Notes: a model not told the origin generated them from the sequence alone. Positions 40,134-49,646 are shown, numbered from the stretch's first letter. The stretch: DNA of 64,000 nucleotides from Allomuricauda sp. (GCA_003712125.1 RHLF01000004.1:6332-70331), one strand, 5' to 3'. Numbers and translations are program-made.

Positions 40134-41606
40134 ATGTCGGCCACACAGATTCTTTTATTGATAGGCATCTATTTTTTGGTGCTTTTGTTGATTTCATATT
40201 TTACGGGACGAAACGATTCGAACGCAGACTTCTTTAAGGCCGGAAAACAATCGCCATGGTATCTTGTGGCCTTCGGAATGGTGGGAGCATCCCTTTCAGG
40301 AGTAACTTTTATTTCGGTTCCAGGTTGGGTTGAGGCATCCCAATTTAGCTATATGCAGGTCGTCATGGGGTATCTGTTCGGATACCTTGTGGTAGCATTT
40401 TTGTTGCTCCCCATTTATTACCGAATGAACCTAACTTCGATTTATGAATATCTCAGAGAACGTTTCGGACCAACAAGCCATAAGACGGGTGCGTTTTTCT
40501 TTTTTGTGTCACGTGTTCTTGGTGCAGCCTTTCGCTTGTTTTTGGTTGCCATTGTTCTCCAACAATTCGTCTTTGATGACTTCGGAATACCCTTTGAAAT
40601 AACAGTGGTTATTTCTATTCTTTTAATTTGGATTTATACCAACCGTGGGGGAATCAAAACTATCGTTTGGACTGACACCTTGCAGACCACCTTTATGATA
40701 TTGGCGGTCATTCTCTCGATCATTTTTATTAATCGTGAATTGAATTGGAGCTTTGGTGAATTTATCGCTTCGGAAGAATTAAAGGCGTACAACACTTTTT
40801 TGTATACCGAAGACTTTTTAGCGCGCAATCATTTCATAAAGTCTTTTGTGGGAGGCATGTTCATTACCATATGCATGACCGGATTAGATCAAGATATGAT
40901 GCAAAAAAACCTAACCTGTCGCAATTTAAAGGACGCCCAAAAAAATATGGTTTCTTTTAGTTTGGTTCTCGTACTTGTTACTTTTCTATTCATGCTCCTC
41001 GGAGCCTTGTTGTTTATTTATGCCAATAAAAATGGCATAGGCATCCCACTTATGGACGGTGCACCAAAAACCGATTTGCTTTTTCCCGAGATAGCCCTTA
41101 ACAGTGGGTTGGGCATAACCCTTAGCATTACCTTTATGCTAGGGCTAATCGCTGCTGCATATAGTAGCGCTGATAGTGCCCTGACCTCATTGACAACTTC
41201 CTTTTGTGTTGACTTCTTAGACGTGGAAAAGAAGCCTGAGCCAAAACAAAAGCGCATTCGAAAGCAAACGCATATTTATATGAGCATCCTTTTAATTGTG
41301 GTTATCATCGCTTTTAAATATATTCTAAGTAGAAATGTAATTGATAGCCTTTTAATTGTTGCCGGCTATACCTATGGACCTTTATTGGGATTGTTCGCTT
41401 TTGGTATTTTCACAAAGCACCAAATCAAGGATAAGTATGTTTGGATCGTGGGCATATTATCGGTTGTAAGCATTGCCATTATTGCCAATATTGACTCGAA
41501 GTACTTGGGCGGTTATGTCATGGGATATGAACTTCTGCCCTTAAACGGTCTGCTTACTTTTTTGGGCCTATGGTTGATAAAAAAGAAACCTAGTACTGAC
41601 CTGTAG
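40134..41606 (+). CDS. Sodium:solute symporter (SSS family)
   Basis: [33 protein letters not shown] and AAYSSADS; about 13 TMs. Confidence 0.92.
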   Translation: MSATQILLLIGIYFLVLLLISYFTGRNDSNADFFKAGKQSPWYLVAFGMVGASLSGVTFISVPGWVEASQFSYMQVVMGYLFGYLVVAFLLLPIYYRMNLTSIYEYLRERFGPTSHKTGAFFFFVSRVLGAAFRLFLVAIVLQQFVFDDFGIPFEITVVISILLIWIYTNRGGIKTIVWTDTLQTTFMILAVILSIIFINRELNWSFGEFIASEELKAYNTFLYTEDFLARNHFIKSFVGGMFITICMTGLDQDMMQKNLTCRNLKDAQKNMVSFSLVLVLVTFLFMLLGALLFIYANKNGIGIPLMDGAPKTDLLFPEIALNSGLGITLSITFMLGLIAAAYSSADSALTSLTTSFCVDFLDVEKKPEPKQKRIRKQTHIYMSILLIVVIIAFKYILSRNVIDSLLIVAGYTYGPLLGLFAFGIFTKHQIKDKYVWIVGILSVVSIAIIANIDSKYLGGYVMGYELLPLNGLLTFLGLWLIKKKPSTDL

Positions 41607-41949
41607 CCAGCAGTACCAAGGTACAGGCCTCCTCTGCTTGGATGCCATTTTCTCGCAGTAAATCACGAAACTCTTTGTTTTCGGTACCCGGATTAAAAAT
41701 TACCCGTTTGGGTTTTAAATCGATGATAGTTTGGTAATAGGCCTTTTGATTCGCAGGATTTAGGTACAATGAAATGGTATGAATGTCATGAAAATCATCA
41801 AAATTTGTTTTGACTTCGACACCTAAAATAGACCCCGGCCGTAAGCCATAAGCCATGGTCTCAATACCTTTTTCGACAAGACGCTCTACCGCCAAATGAC
41901 TATAGCGATTAGCCTTTAAGGAAGCTCCCAGTACCAAGGTACTCCGCAT
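41590..41949 (-). CDS. CoA-binding protein (YccU-like)
   Basis: [18 protein letters not shown] and ACTLVLL. Confidence 0.9.
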   Translation of the reverse strand: MRSTLVLGASLKANRYSHLAVERLVEKGIETMAYGLRPGSILGVEVKTNFDDFHDIHTISLYLNPANQKAYYQTIIDLKPKRVIFNPGTENKEFRDLLRENGIQAEEACTLVLLATGQY

Positions 41950-41984
41950 TTGTGTTAATTAATGTGTTAAACCTTAACAAAGAT

Positions 41985-42010
41985 TGTAACTATTTGCCAT
42001 ATTTGCCGTC
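41985..42010 (+). promoter_or_regulatory. ECF-sigma promoter 1 (TGTAAC-N16-CGTC)
   Basis: TGTAAC 41985-90, 16-nt spacer, CGTC 42007-10. The same motif occurs at the ECF sigma gene at 52.4 kb. Confidence 0.7.
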
Positions 42011-42015
42011 TTTAA

Positions 42016-42126
42016 AATGAAAATACTATCATTGGTAAGACTGTATTTTTATAGTTAATGGTTAGTGTTTAGTATAGCTTATCAATGAATAACCCTGGTA
42101 GCCTTTGCTACCAGGGTTTCTTTTTT
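42016..42126 (+). ncRNA. Candidate small RNA unit 1 (may contain a 13-codon sORF)
   Basis: Bounded by ECF promoter 1 and a perfect 12-bp hairpin AACCCTGGTAGC/GCTACCAGGGTT plus TCTTTTTT. There is no + strand gene upstream for this hairpin to terminate. TGGTTAGT core at 42059-66. Confidence 0.6.
42091..42126 (+). terminator. Intrinsic terminator of unit 1
   Basis: 12-bp stem, CTTT loop, U-tract on the + strand. Confidence 0.85.
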
Positions 42127-42180
42127 GATTTAAAATCAACAGAAGCAAATAGGGTTTAAAATGTTAAAGCACCAAATTCG

Positions 42181-42206
42181 TGTAACATCTATCCATAATT
42201 AACGTC
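42181..42206 (+). promoter_or_regulatory. ECF-sigma promoter 2 (TGTAAC-N16-CGTC)
   Basis: TGTAAC 42181-86, 16-nt spacer, CGTC 42203-06. Confidence 0.7.
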
Positions 42207-42211
42207 TTGTG

Positions 42212-42331
42212 ATTAAAAGTAAGCGACCAAAATCGCTAGAAAAGATATTGGTTTGCCTTGTGGAATATTGGTTGGTTAGTTCCTGCAAGCAAATCAATAA
42301 GCCCCTAATGTTTCATTGGGGGTTTCTTTTT
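42212..42331 (+). ncRNA. Candidate small RNA unit 2
   Basis: ECF promoter 2, 5' hairpin AGCGA-CCAAAA-TCGCT, TTGGTTGGTTAGT core (42268-80), and terminator AAGCCCCTAATG/CATTGGGGGTTT plus CTTTTT. Confidence 0.55.
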
Positions 42332-43337
42332 ACCATCTAATAATGACACTCCCCCATGTGAAACCACTTCCAAAGGCAGCCAGAACAATCAAATCGCCTT
42401 CCTTAACCTTGCCTTGCTCCCAGGCCTCAGTCAACGCAATGGGTATTGATGCAGCGGTGGTATTGCCGTATTTCATGATATTATTGAATACCTGGTCATT
42501 CGATAGCCCGAACTTTTTTTGTACGAACTGAGAAATTCTAAGATTCGCCTGGTGCGGTACAAGAAGATCGATATCGGTTGCCGTAAGGTTGTTTTTTTGC
42601 AATCCTTCCATGATAACTTCACTAAATCGAACGACGGCATTTTTGAATACAAATTGGCCGTTCATATAAGGGAAATAGGACTCATCTTCAGGGTCATTTT
42701 CTTCAATAATATCCGTTACCCATCGTTTCCCCATCCCCGGGGCAATAAGTGACAATTCTTCTGCATGTTGACCTTCAGAATGCAAATGACTTGATAAGAT
42801 TCCTTTCTTTGGGTCCTCTTCCCTGCTAATTATTGCTGCACCAGCTCCATCACCGAAGATGACAGAGACTCCCCGACCTCTTGTGGTCATATCCAATCCA
42901 TGCGAATGAAGCTCAGAACCCACAACCAAAACATTTTTGTACATGCCACTTTTAACGTACTGATCGGCCACAGAGATGCCATATACAAATCCGGAACATT
43001 GATTTCTGACATCAAGGGCACCAACGGTTTTGATACCTAAATCGCGCTGAACCAATACACCAGGGCCTGGAAAATAGTAATCAGGACTCAAGGTGGCGAA
43101 GATGATAAAATCAACCTCGTCTTTATCAATGCCTGCGCGTTCGATTGCAATTTTTGCCGCCTTTACACCCATCGAGGTCGTAGTTTCTTCACCCCTTACC
43201 ACATGCCGGCGCTCTTTAATTCCCGTTCGCTCCTGAATCCACGCATCACTGGTTTCCATGACCTTCGACAAATCGTCATTGGTCACAACATTATCCGGAA
43301 CATAATACCCCAATCCCGTTATCTTAGAATTGTACAT
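42330..43337 (-). CDS. fabH: 3-oxoacyl-ACP synthase III family protein
   Basis: Catalytic Cys in DVRNQCSGF, FGDGAGA, PHQAN and GNTTAAS. Start placed at MYNSK. Confidence 0.9.
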   Translation of the reverse strand: MYNSKITGLGYYVPDNVVTNDDLSKVMETSDAWIQERTGIKERRHVVRGEETTTSMGVKAAKIAIERAGIDKDEVDFIIFATLSPDYYFPGPGVLVQRDLGIKTVGALDVRNQCSGFVYGISVADQYVKSGMYKNVLVVGSELHSHGLDMTTRGRGVSVIFGDGAGAAIISREEDPKKGILSSHLHSEGQHAEELSLIAPGMGKRWVTDIIEENDPEDESYFPYMNGQFVFKNAVVRFSEVIMEGLQKNNLTATDIDLLVPHQANLRISQFVQKKFGLSNDQVFNNIMKYGNTTAASIPIALTEAWEQGKVKEGDLIVLAAFGSGFTWGSVIIRW

Positions 43338-43529
43338 AATCAAAACTTTTTGAATTCAGTAAAGAAACACTTTTATCTCGAAACATAACTAAAGGATATT
43401 CAATTTAATGAAAATCAGGAGAAATGATTTACCGATCAGACCCTGAATTGTTCTTCTAGTTTTACCCAAATTATAGATTCAAAATTGTATTTTTAAAAGG
43501 TTGACTTCTTTAAATTAATAGCTACTAAA

Positions 43530-45989
43530 ATGAAAAAACTACTCCTCCCACTCGTTGTCCTATTTACATTATATGGGTTTACCCAAGAAAATCTTTCCTA
43601 TCAAAAACCTTCGGCGGAAATTTTGGATCTCGTGGATGCGCCCTTAGCCCCTTCAGTGCTGATTACCGATGATGGAGAATACATGATATTTCGTTATCGC
43701 GATGCCTATAAGAGTATTGCGGAATTGTCTGAAACAGAATTGCGTCTTGCTGGACTTCGGATAAATCCGAAATTGAATATTGGCAGCAGAACAAATTACT
43801 ACAACAACATAAGCTTGAAAAAGGCCGGCAGCAGCGATGAAATTCAAGCTAAGGGACTGCCCCAAAACCCCAGGCTGGCCAATTTTAGCTGGTCACCAAA
43901 TCAGAAAAAAATCGCATTCACCCATACCACGAATATGGGTGTTGAGGTGTGGGTTTTGCATCTAGAATCCGCAGAGGTCAATAAATTGACAGATGCCACC
44001 GTGAATGCCAATATGCGTGATGTAATCAATTGGTTTAAGGACGGTGAATCCATTTTGGTGAAAATGCTTCCCACGGATCGTAAACCGTTGATCAATACGG
44101 CTGCATCGGTACCCTCAGGACCAACTATTTCTTCCAATGATGGGAAAAAGGCCCAAAATCGAACCTATCAAGATTTATTGAAAAACCCCAATGATGAGTT
44201 CAATTTCGAACAATTGGCGCGCTCCGAACTTTACAAGGTCAATCTAGATGGAAGCAAAACCAAATGGATGGACGCCGATATGTACAGTTCCATCAATTTT
44301 TCACCTGACGGTAACTATGTGATGGTCGTGAATGTTGAAAAGCCCTTTTCATATTTAGTACCCTACCGTAGATTTCCATCAACCACTAAAATGTACCAAA
44401 GTGATGGTAGTTTGGTAACGACCATTCTTCATGTTCCCTTGATTGAGGACCTTCCACAGGGTTTTATGGCGGTTAGAACAGGAATGCGCAATATTTCATG
44501 GCGCAATGACAAACCGGCCACACTGGTATATGCCGAAGCCTTGGATGGTGGGGATCCAGAAAATGAAGTGGAATTTCGCGATGAAGTATTTGAAATGGAT
44601 GCCCCATTCACCAGTAAAGGGAAAAGTCTATTGAAGCTTACCAATCGCTATTATTATATCCAATGGGGGAATGAGACCATGGCCGTAGCTTATGATTATT
44701 GGTGGAACAACAGAAGCATAAAGGGTTATGTTTTTGACCCCTCCGATTCGACCAAACCTGCCAAAGTAGTTGAAGACAGAAATTATCAGGACGTTTATAG
44801 CGACCCTGGCGTATTTGTCACAAAAAGAAGTGACTACGGCACAACGGTACTATCTCTTGACAACGCGTCCGCCTATCTGATTGGAGATGGGTATACCAAA
44901 GAAGGTCAATTTCCATTTGTTGATAAAATTAACCTGGCCACGCTGGCAAAAGACCGAATGTATACTTCAAAACTAGAAGGTAAAAAGGAAAATATTATCG
45001 ACTATGATGTGGATGAAGACAAGTTGCTGGTTCGTATTGAATCTGCAGTCGAATATCCCAATTACTACTACAAACATCTGGTCAAGCGAAAAGGCGCTAT
45101 GCAACTTACCAACTTTGAAAATCCGTTCAAGAGTATTCAGGATGTGCATAAGGAGGTCATCACCTATAAGCGGGATGACGGTCTTGAATTAAGTGCTACC
45201 CTTTACTTGCCTGTCGGTTACGACAAAGAAAAAAAGGAAAAAGCACCCATGATTTTATGGGCGTATCCAAGAGAGTATAAAGACAAAAATAGTGCCTCGC
45301 AGAACACACAAAACCCTAATGAATTTACCTATCCCTACTGGGGTTCTCCAATTTATTGGGTAACCAAGGGGTATGCAGTTCTTGATGATGCGGCATTTCC
45401 TATCATAGGCGAGGGCGATGAAGAACCCAACGACACCTTTAGGAGCCAACTGGTTGCCAATGGCAAAGCTGCCATCGATGCTGTTGACGATATGGGGTAT
45501 ATCGACCGTAATCGCGTTGCCGTTGGCGGTCATAGTTATGGGGCCTTTATGGTTGCCAATCTTTTATCACATTCCGATTTATTTGCGGCCGGAATTGCCC
45601 GCAGTGGAGCCTACAATAGAACATTGACACCTTTCGGGTTCCAAAGTGAGGAGCGAAACTATTGGGAAGCCCCAGAAGTTTATTATACCATGTCACCCTT
45701 TATGCATGCCGACAAGATGAAAACACCGCTCTTATTGATTCATGGTCAAGCAGATAACAATTCAGGAACCTATCCCATGCAAAGCGAGCGCTATTTTAAT
45801 GCCCTTAAAGGTCTGGGGGCTACGGTTCGTTTGGTCATGCTACCGAAAGAAAGTCATGGTTATCGGGCCAAAGAAAGTATTCTTCATTTGTTATGGGAAC
45901 AGGATCAATGGCTTGAAAAATATGTCAAAAACAAATCCGAATCGAAGAAGGGGATTCAACTACAACCTACAATTGGTAAGGACAGGTAA
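43530..45989 (+). CDS. S9 family (prolyl oligopeptidase / glutamyl endopeptidase-like) serine peptidase
   Basis: Signal peptide, beta-propeller region, GGHSYGA, IHGQADNN and ESHG. Confidence 0.92.
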   Translation: MKKLLLPLVVLFTLYGFTQENLSYQKPSAEILDLVDAPLAPSVLITDDGEYMIFRYRDAYKSIAELSETELRLAGLRINPKLNIGSRTNYYNNISLKKAGSSDEIQAKGLPQNPRLANFSWSPNQKKIAFTHTTNMGVEVWVLHLESAEVNKLTDATVNANMRDVINWFKDGESILVKMLPTDRKPLINTAASVPSGPTISSNDGKKAQNRTYQDLLKNPNDEFNFEQLARSELYKVNLDGSKTKWMDADMYSSINFSPDGNYVMVVNVEKPFSYLVPYRRFPSTTKMYQSDGSLVTTILHVPLIEDLPQGFMAVRTGMRNISWRNDKPATLVYAEALDGGDPENEVEFRDEVFEMDAPFTSKGKSLLKLTNRYYYIQWGNETMAVAYDYWWNNRSIKGYVFDPSDSTKPAKVVEDRNYQDVYSDPGVFVTKRSDYGTTVLSLDNASAYLIGDGYTKEGQFPFVDKINLATLAKDRMYTSKLEGKKENIIDYDVDEDKLLVRIESAVEYPNYYYKHLVKRKGAMQLTNFENPFKSIQDVHKEVITYKRDDGLELSATLYLPVGYDKEKKEKAPMILWAYPREYKDKNSASQNTQNPNEFTYPYWGSPIYWVTKGYAVLDDAAFPIIGEGDEEPNDTFRSQLVANGKAAIDAVDDMGYIDRNRVAVGGHSYGAFMVANLLSHSDLFAAGIARSGAYNRTLTPFGFQSEERNYWEAPEVYYTMSPFMHADKMKTPLLLIHGQADNNSGTYPMQSERYFNALKGLGATVRLVMLPKESHGYRAKESILHLLWEQDQWLEKYVKNKSESKKGIQLQPTIGKDR

Positions 45990-46039
45990 TTTAATTCACG
46001 CGCTATTTGTAGAAACGCACGCAGAAGAACAAACTGTAT

Positions 46040-46146
46040 ACAAATGGAAAGCGCACTTTCTGGCAAAAGTGCGCTTTCAACAACCTAACCAATAAATAAA
46101 CAAACTTGTTGTAGAATCTTCATCATAGCAATTTGATTACCACAAC
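46040..46146 (-). ncRNA. Candidate small RNA unit 3 (may contain a 12-13 codon sORF)
   Basis: Minus-strand TATATTTG (46158-51), core ATTGGTTAG (46093-85), and a perfect 13-bp hairpin 46047-59/46066-78. Confidence 0.5.
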
Positions 46147-46150
46147 TGCA

Positions 46151-46182
46151 CAAATATAATAATGTTTAATCTTTTAAAACAA
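46151..46182 (-). promoter_or_regulatory. Housekeeping promoter pointing into the gene-free 45990-46150 interval
   Basis: TTG at 46182-80, 21-nt spacer, TATATTTG at 46158-51. Confidence 0.6.
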
Positions 46183-46238
46183 AAGTTAAACAAAAAAGTT
46201 TGTTAAAATTTTACATTATAGCGCTTTCCCGTAAAAAA

Positions 46239-46279
46239 TGTCAGTTTGTCAGCCCAAACAAGAATGGTATTTTTTTTGA
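46239..46279 (+). promoter_or_regulatory. Candidate sigma54-type promoter and upstream TGTCAG repeat of htpG
   Basis: TGTCAG-TT-TGTCAG (46239-52), then TGGTAT-N5-TTGA (46265-79) with exact -24/-12 spacing. Confidence 0.45.
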
Positions 46280-46313
46280 AACTACAGAATCATAACTTAA
46301 AAAATTACAACCC

Positions 46314-48203
46314 ATGGCAACAGGAAAAATAAATGTTTCGGTTGACAACATTTTTCCCCTTATTAAGAAGTTTTTATATAGCGATCATGAGATTTTTCTT
46401 CGTGAGCTCATATCCAATGCTACCGATGCCACATTGAAGTTGAAGCACTTGACTTCCATTGGCGAAGCCAAAGTGGAATACGGGAACCCACACATTGAAG
46501 TCAAAATAGACAAGAAAAAGAAAGAGCTGCGAATTCTTGACCAAGGTATCGGAATGACTGAGGCCGAGGTGAAAAAATACATCAATGAAGTTGCCTTTTC
46601 AGGTGCTGAAGAATTTCTGGACAAGTACAAGGATGCTGGAAAAGATGCTGGAATCATAGGACATTTTGGTCTTGGATTTTATTCTGCATTCATGGTTGCC
46701 GATAAAGTAGAAATCATCACCAAAAGTTTTAAGGATGAACCTGCGGTACATTGGTCATGCGATGGTTCCCCAGAATTCACGCTAAAAAAGGCCAAAAAAG
46801 AGGATCGAGGCACAGAAATCATCCTCCACATCGCTGACGATGAAAAAGACTTTTTGGAAGAATTCAAAATACGTGAACTGCTAAAAAAGTACAACAAGTT
46901 CATGCCCATACCAATAAAATTTGGCACTCGAACCGAAACGCTTCCAAAACCTGAAGGGGCCAAAGAAGACGAACCGGCACCAACAAAAGAGGTGGATGAC
47001 ATTATCAATAATCCTAACCCGGCATGGACCAAAAAACCGACGGATTTAAACGATGAGGACTACGCCTCTTTCTATCGTGAATTGTATCCCATGCAGTTTG
47101 AAGAGCCCTTGTTCAACATCCATTTGAATGTAGATTACCCCTTCAACCTTACGGGCATTCTATATTTTCCCAAATTGACGAATGACCTCAACATTCAAAA
47201 GGACAGGATTCAGTTATATCAAAATCAAGTCTTTGTCACCGACAATGTAGAAGGTATTGTCCCTGAATTTTTGACCATGTTACGCGGAGTCATCGATTCG
47301 CCTGATATACCCTTGAATGTATCCCGTTCCTATCTCCAGGCCGATGGGGCAGTAAAGAAGATATCAAGCTACATTACCAAAAAAGTTGCGGACAAACTAA
47401 ATTCATTGTTCAAGAACAATCGCGATGATTTTGAAAAAAAATGGAACGATATCAAAGTAGTCATTGAGTACGGCATGCTATCGGAAGAGAAATTTTTTGA
47501 AAAAGCCGAAAAATTCGCTCTGTATCCCACGGTGAACAATGACTATTTCACCTTTGAGGAACTGGAAAATAAAATCAAGGACAATCAGACCGACAAAGAT
47601 GACAAACTGGTCATTTTATATGCCTCTGACTTGGAAGCGCAACATAGCTACATTGAATCGGCAAAGGAAAAAGGCTATGAGGTACTTTTATTGGATAGTC
47701 CAATAGTTCCCCATCTTCTTCAAAAGTTGGAAACTTCAAAAGAAAAAATAGCCTTTGCCCGGGTTGATGCAGACCACATTGATAATCTCATCAAGAAGGA
47801 GGATGCTTCAATTTCAAAATTGACTGATGAAGAAAAAGACAAACTCAAAGAACAGATTGAGGGTGTAGTTGGTGAAAAAAGCCAGTTCACAGTTCAATTG
47901 GAAGCGATGGACAGCACTGCTCAACCCTTTGTCATTACCGAACCCGAATTTATGCGCAGGATGAAAGATATGCAACAGACTGGAGGTGGCGGTATGTTTG
48001 GCATGGGCAATATGCCAGATATGTTCAACTTGATCGTGAACACCAACCATGAACTGGTCGGTGAAATACTGACAACCAAAACCGCTAAAAAACGGGAACG
48101 CTTAATCAATCAATCCCTTGATTTGGCTCGCTTATCCAAAGGATTGTTGAAGGGTGAAGAACTCACTAATTTTATCAATCGCAGCTATGAGATGATCAAA
48201 TAA
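46314..48203 (+). CDS. htpG: Molecular chaperone Hsp90
   Basis: IFLRELISNATDA, DQGIGM, IGHFGLGFYSAF and LNVSRSYLQ. Confidence 0.97.
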   Translation: MATGKINVSVDNIFPLIKKFLYSDHEIFLRELISNATDATLKLKHLTSIGEAKVEYGNPHIEVKIDKKKKELRILDQGIGMTEAEVKKYINEVAFSGAEEFLDKYKDAGKDAGIIGHFGLGFYSAFMVADKVEIITKSFKDEPAVHWSCDGSPEFTLKKAKKEDRGTEIILHIADDEKDFLEEFKIRELLKKYNKFMPIPIKFGTRTETLPKPEGAKEDEPAPTKEVDDIINNPNPAWTKKPTDLNDEDYASFYRELYPMQFEEPLFNIHLNVDYPFNLTGILYFPKLTNDLNIQKDRIQLYQNQVFVTDNVEGIVPEFLTMLRGVIDSPDIPLNVSRSYLQADGAVKKISSYITKKVADKLNSLFKNNRDDFEKKWNDIKVVIEYGMLSEEKFFEKAEKFALYPTVNNDYFTFEELENKIKDNQTDKDDKLVILYASDLEAQHSYIESAKEKGYEVLLLDSPIVPHLLQKLETSKEKIAFARVDADHIDNLIKKEDASISKLTDEEKDKLKEQIEGVVGEKSQFTVQLEAMDSTAQPFVITEPEFMRRMKDMQQTGGGGMFGMGNMPDMFNLIVNTNHELVGEILTTKTAKKRERLINQSLDLARLSKGLLKGEELTNFINRSYEMIK

Positions 48204-48237
48204 ACCGTCATCCCATACTAAAGTTGCCACAGAAATT

Positions 48238-48266
48238 AAAACCGCTCGAACTGAGCGGTTTTTTTT
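48238..48266 (+). terminator. htpG intrinsic terminator
   Basis: AAACCGCTC-GAACT-GAGCGGTTTTTTT. Confidence 0.88.
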
Positions 48267-48299
48267 ATGAATTACTATCTTGGACTAAATCAACACACC

Positions 48300-49646
48300 A
48301 TGAGCAGCGATTACACCAGTTCAGATTTTAAAAAATTATTGGATAAGCTCCAGACCGAGAGTTGGCAATTGGAACTAATTATCTCGGGATTCGCCATTTA
48401 TGGTCTTTTCTCTGCTATAGAACCTTTGGAAGTAGAGCTGTTGACCTCGGTCAAAAACAACCAGACCATTTACAATGCTATGTTACAAGCGCTTAAAAGC
48501 GGGACTTTCATTTTGATGGGTTCCCTTCTGATTCATGTGATCCTTAGGGGGTTATGGATCGGCACCTTGGGACTACGGTACATTTCGGGGGATATTGACT
48601 ATGATGAACTGCGATATGCCCCAAAATTCAACAAATTCCTCAAAACGAGGGTGGGTTCTTTCGACCGTTATATCTCTAGACTTGAAAACGCCTGTAGTAC
48701 GGTATTTGCCTTGGCATTTTTAATGGTCTTCTATTTCTTATCCTATTTTCTGATATTGATGTTTTTTGCAATCGTTGCCTTTGCCATCAACAATATCGGA
48801 TTGTTTTCAAGTGAAACCGCGGGTATGGTTACCGCCATATTCGGCATTGTATATTTCGTATTGATCTTGATATTCCTTTTTGATTTTTTGACCATGGGTG
48901 GGCTCAAAAGGGATCGCTGGACGGCCAAATACTATTATCCCTTGTACCGGTTTTTTGGCATCATCACCCTAGCATTTATGTACCGCCCTTTGGTCTATAA
49001 TTTTCTTGATCAAAAGAAAGCGCGTTGGGTGGCCACCTTTATTTTACCAATTTATACAGTGGGTCTTGTGTTCCTTCAGATCTATGGCGTGGTTAATTCA
49101 AACTATCAAATTGAAGGACAGGGTACCTCAAGCTATTTTACCAGTAAGTACAACTACGAAGATCAGCTTACCGAAAAAACCGATTTTGTTCAGTTTGTCT
49201 CCTTACCGTCAAAGGTTATCGACAAACCCTATATGCGCGTTTATGTAGGCTTCAATAAGTTTCTTGAAGATGCCGTTTTGGCAAAAGATTCCACGTTAAT
49301 GCCTGAAAAAGACCGAAGGGGCTATTCTTTTAAAATAAACAGACGGTTCAATTTTAGTGGGTTGAGTTTTAATTTTTCCAATAGATATCTTCAGATCCAG
49401 AAAGACCAATCGCACTACCTCGATGTCTTGGGTGAATTGTACCAATTGAAAATTGATAGTGTTTTTTATGATAAAGATTTTGTCATGACCAACGATACCA
49501 ACAAACGTCTTGGTTTTGAAACCTACCTCGATATTAAAGGGTTGGAGAACGGCAAACACCTTTTGTACTTAATTGGGCCTGATCCACGGATTGAAAAAGA
49601 GCTCGATACGCTAATAACCATTCCCTTCTGGTACTTTGAAGACTAA
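48300..49646 (+). CDS. Multi-pass membrane protein of unknown function (paralogue A)
   Basis: About 6 TMs plus a C-terminal soluble domain; SWQLELIISGFAI and HVILRGLWIG. Start moved to MSSDY because ATG 48267 abuts the htpG terminator. Confidence 0.8.
   Translation: MSSDYTSSDFKKLLDKLQTESWQLELIISGFAIYGLFSAIEPLEVELLTSVKNNQTIYNAMLQALKSGTFILMGSLLIHVILRGLWIGTLGLRYISGDIDYDELRYAPKFNKFLKTRVGSFDRYISRLENACSTVFALAFLMVFYFLSYFLILMFFAIVAFAINNIGLFSSETAGMVTAIFGIVYFVLILIFLFDFLTMGGLKRDRWTAKYYYPLYRFFGIITLAFMYRPLVYNFLDQKKARWVATFILPIYTVGLVFLQIYGVVNSNYQIEGQGTSSYFTSKYNYEDQLTEKTDFVQFVSLPSKVIDKPYMRVYVGFNKFLEDAVLAKDSTLMPEKDRRGYSFKINRRFNFSGLSFNFSNRYLQIQKDQSHYLDVLGELYQLKIDSVFYDKDFVMTNDTNKRLGFETYLDIKGLENGKHLLYLIGPDPRIEKELDTLITIPFWYFED

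Noticed and set aside
40067-40134. Riboswitch upstream of the sodium:solute symporter
   Set aside because: The 66-nt gap is filled by divergent promoter elements, with no aptamer-like structure.
42299-42331. Hairpin interpreted solely as the fabH terminator
   Set aside because: The strong U-tract is on the + strand and an ECF promoter lies about 95 nt upstream on +. It may still act bidirectionally.
42209-42340. 43-codon GTG ORF across sRNA unit 2
   Set aside because: It starts before the predicted TSS, runs through the terminator and overlaps the fabH 3' end. Only its KILVCL segment is noted under the sORF finding.
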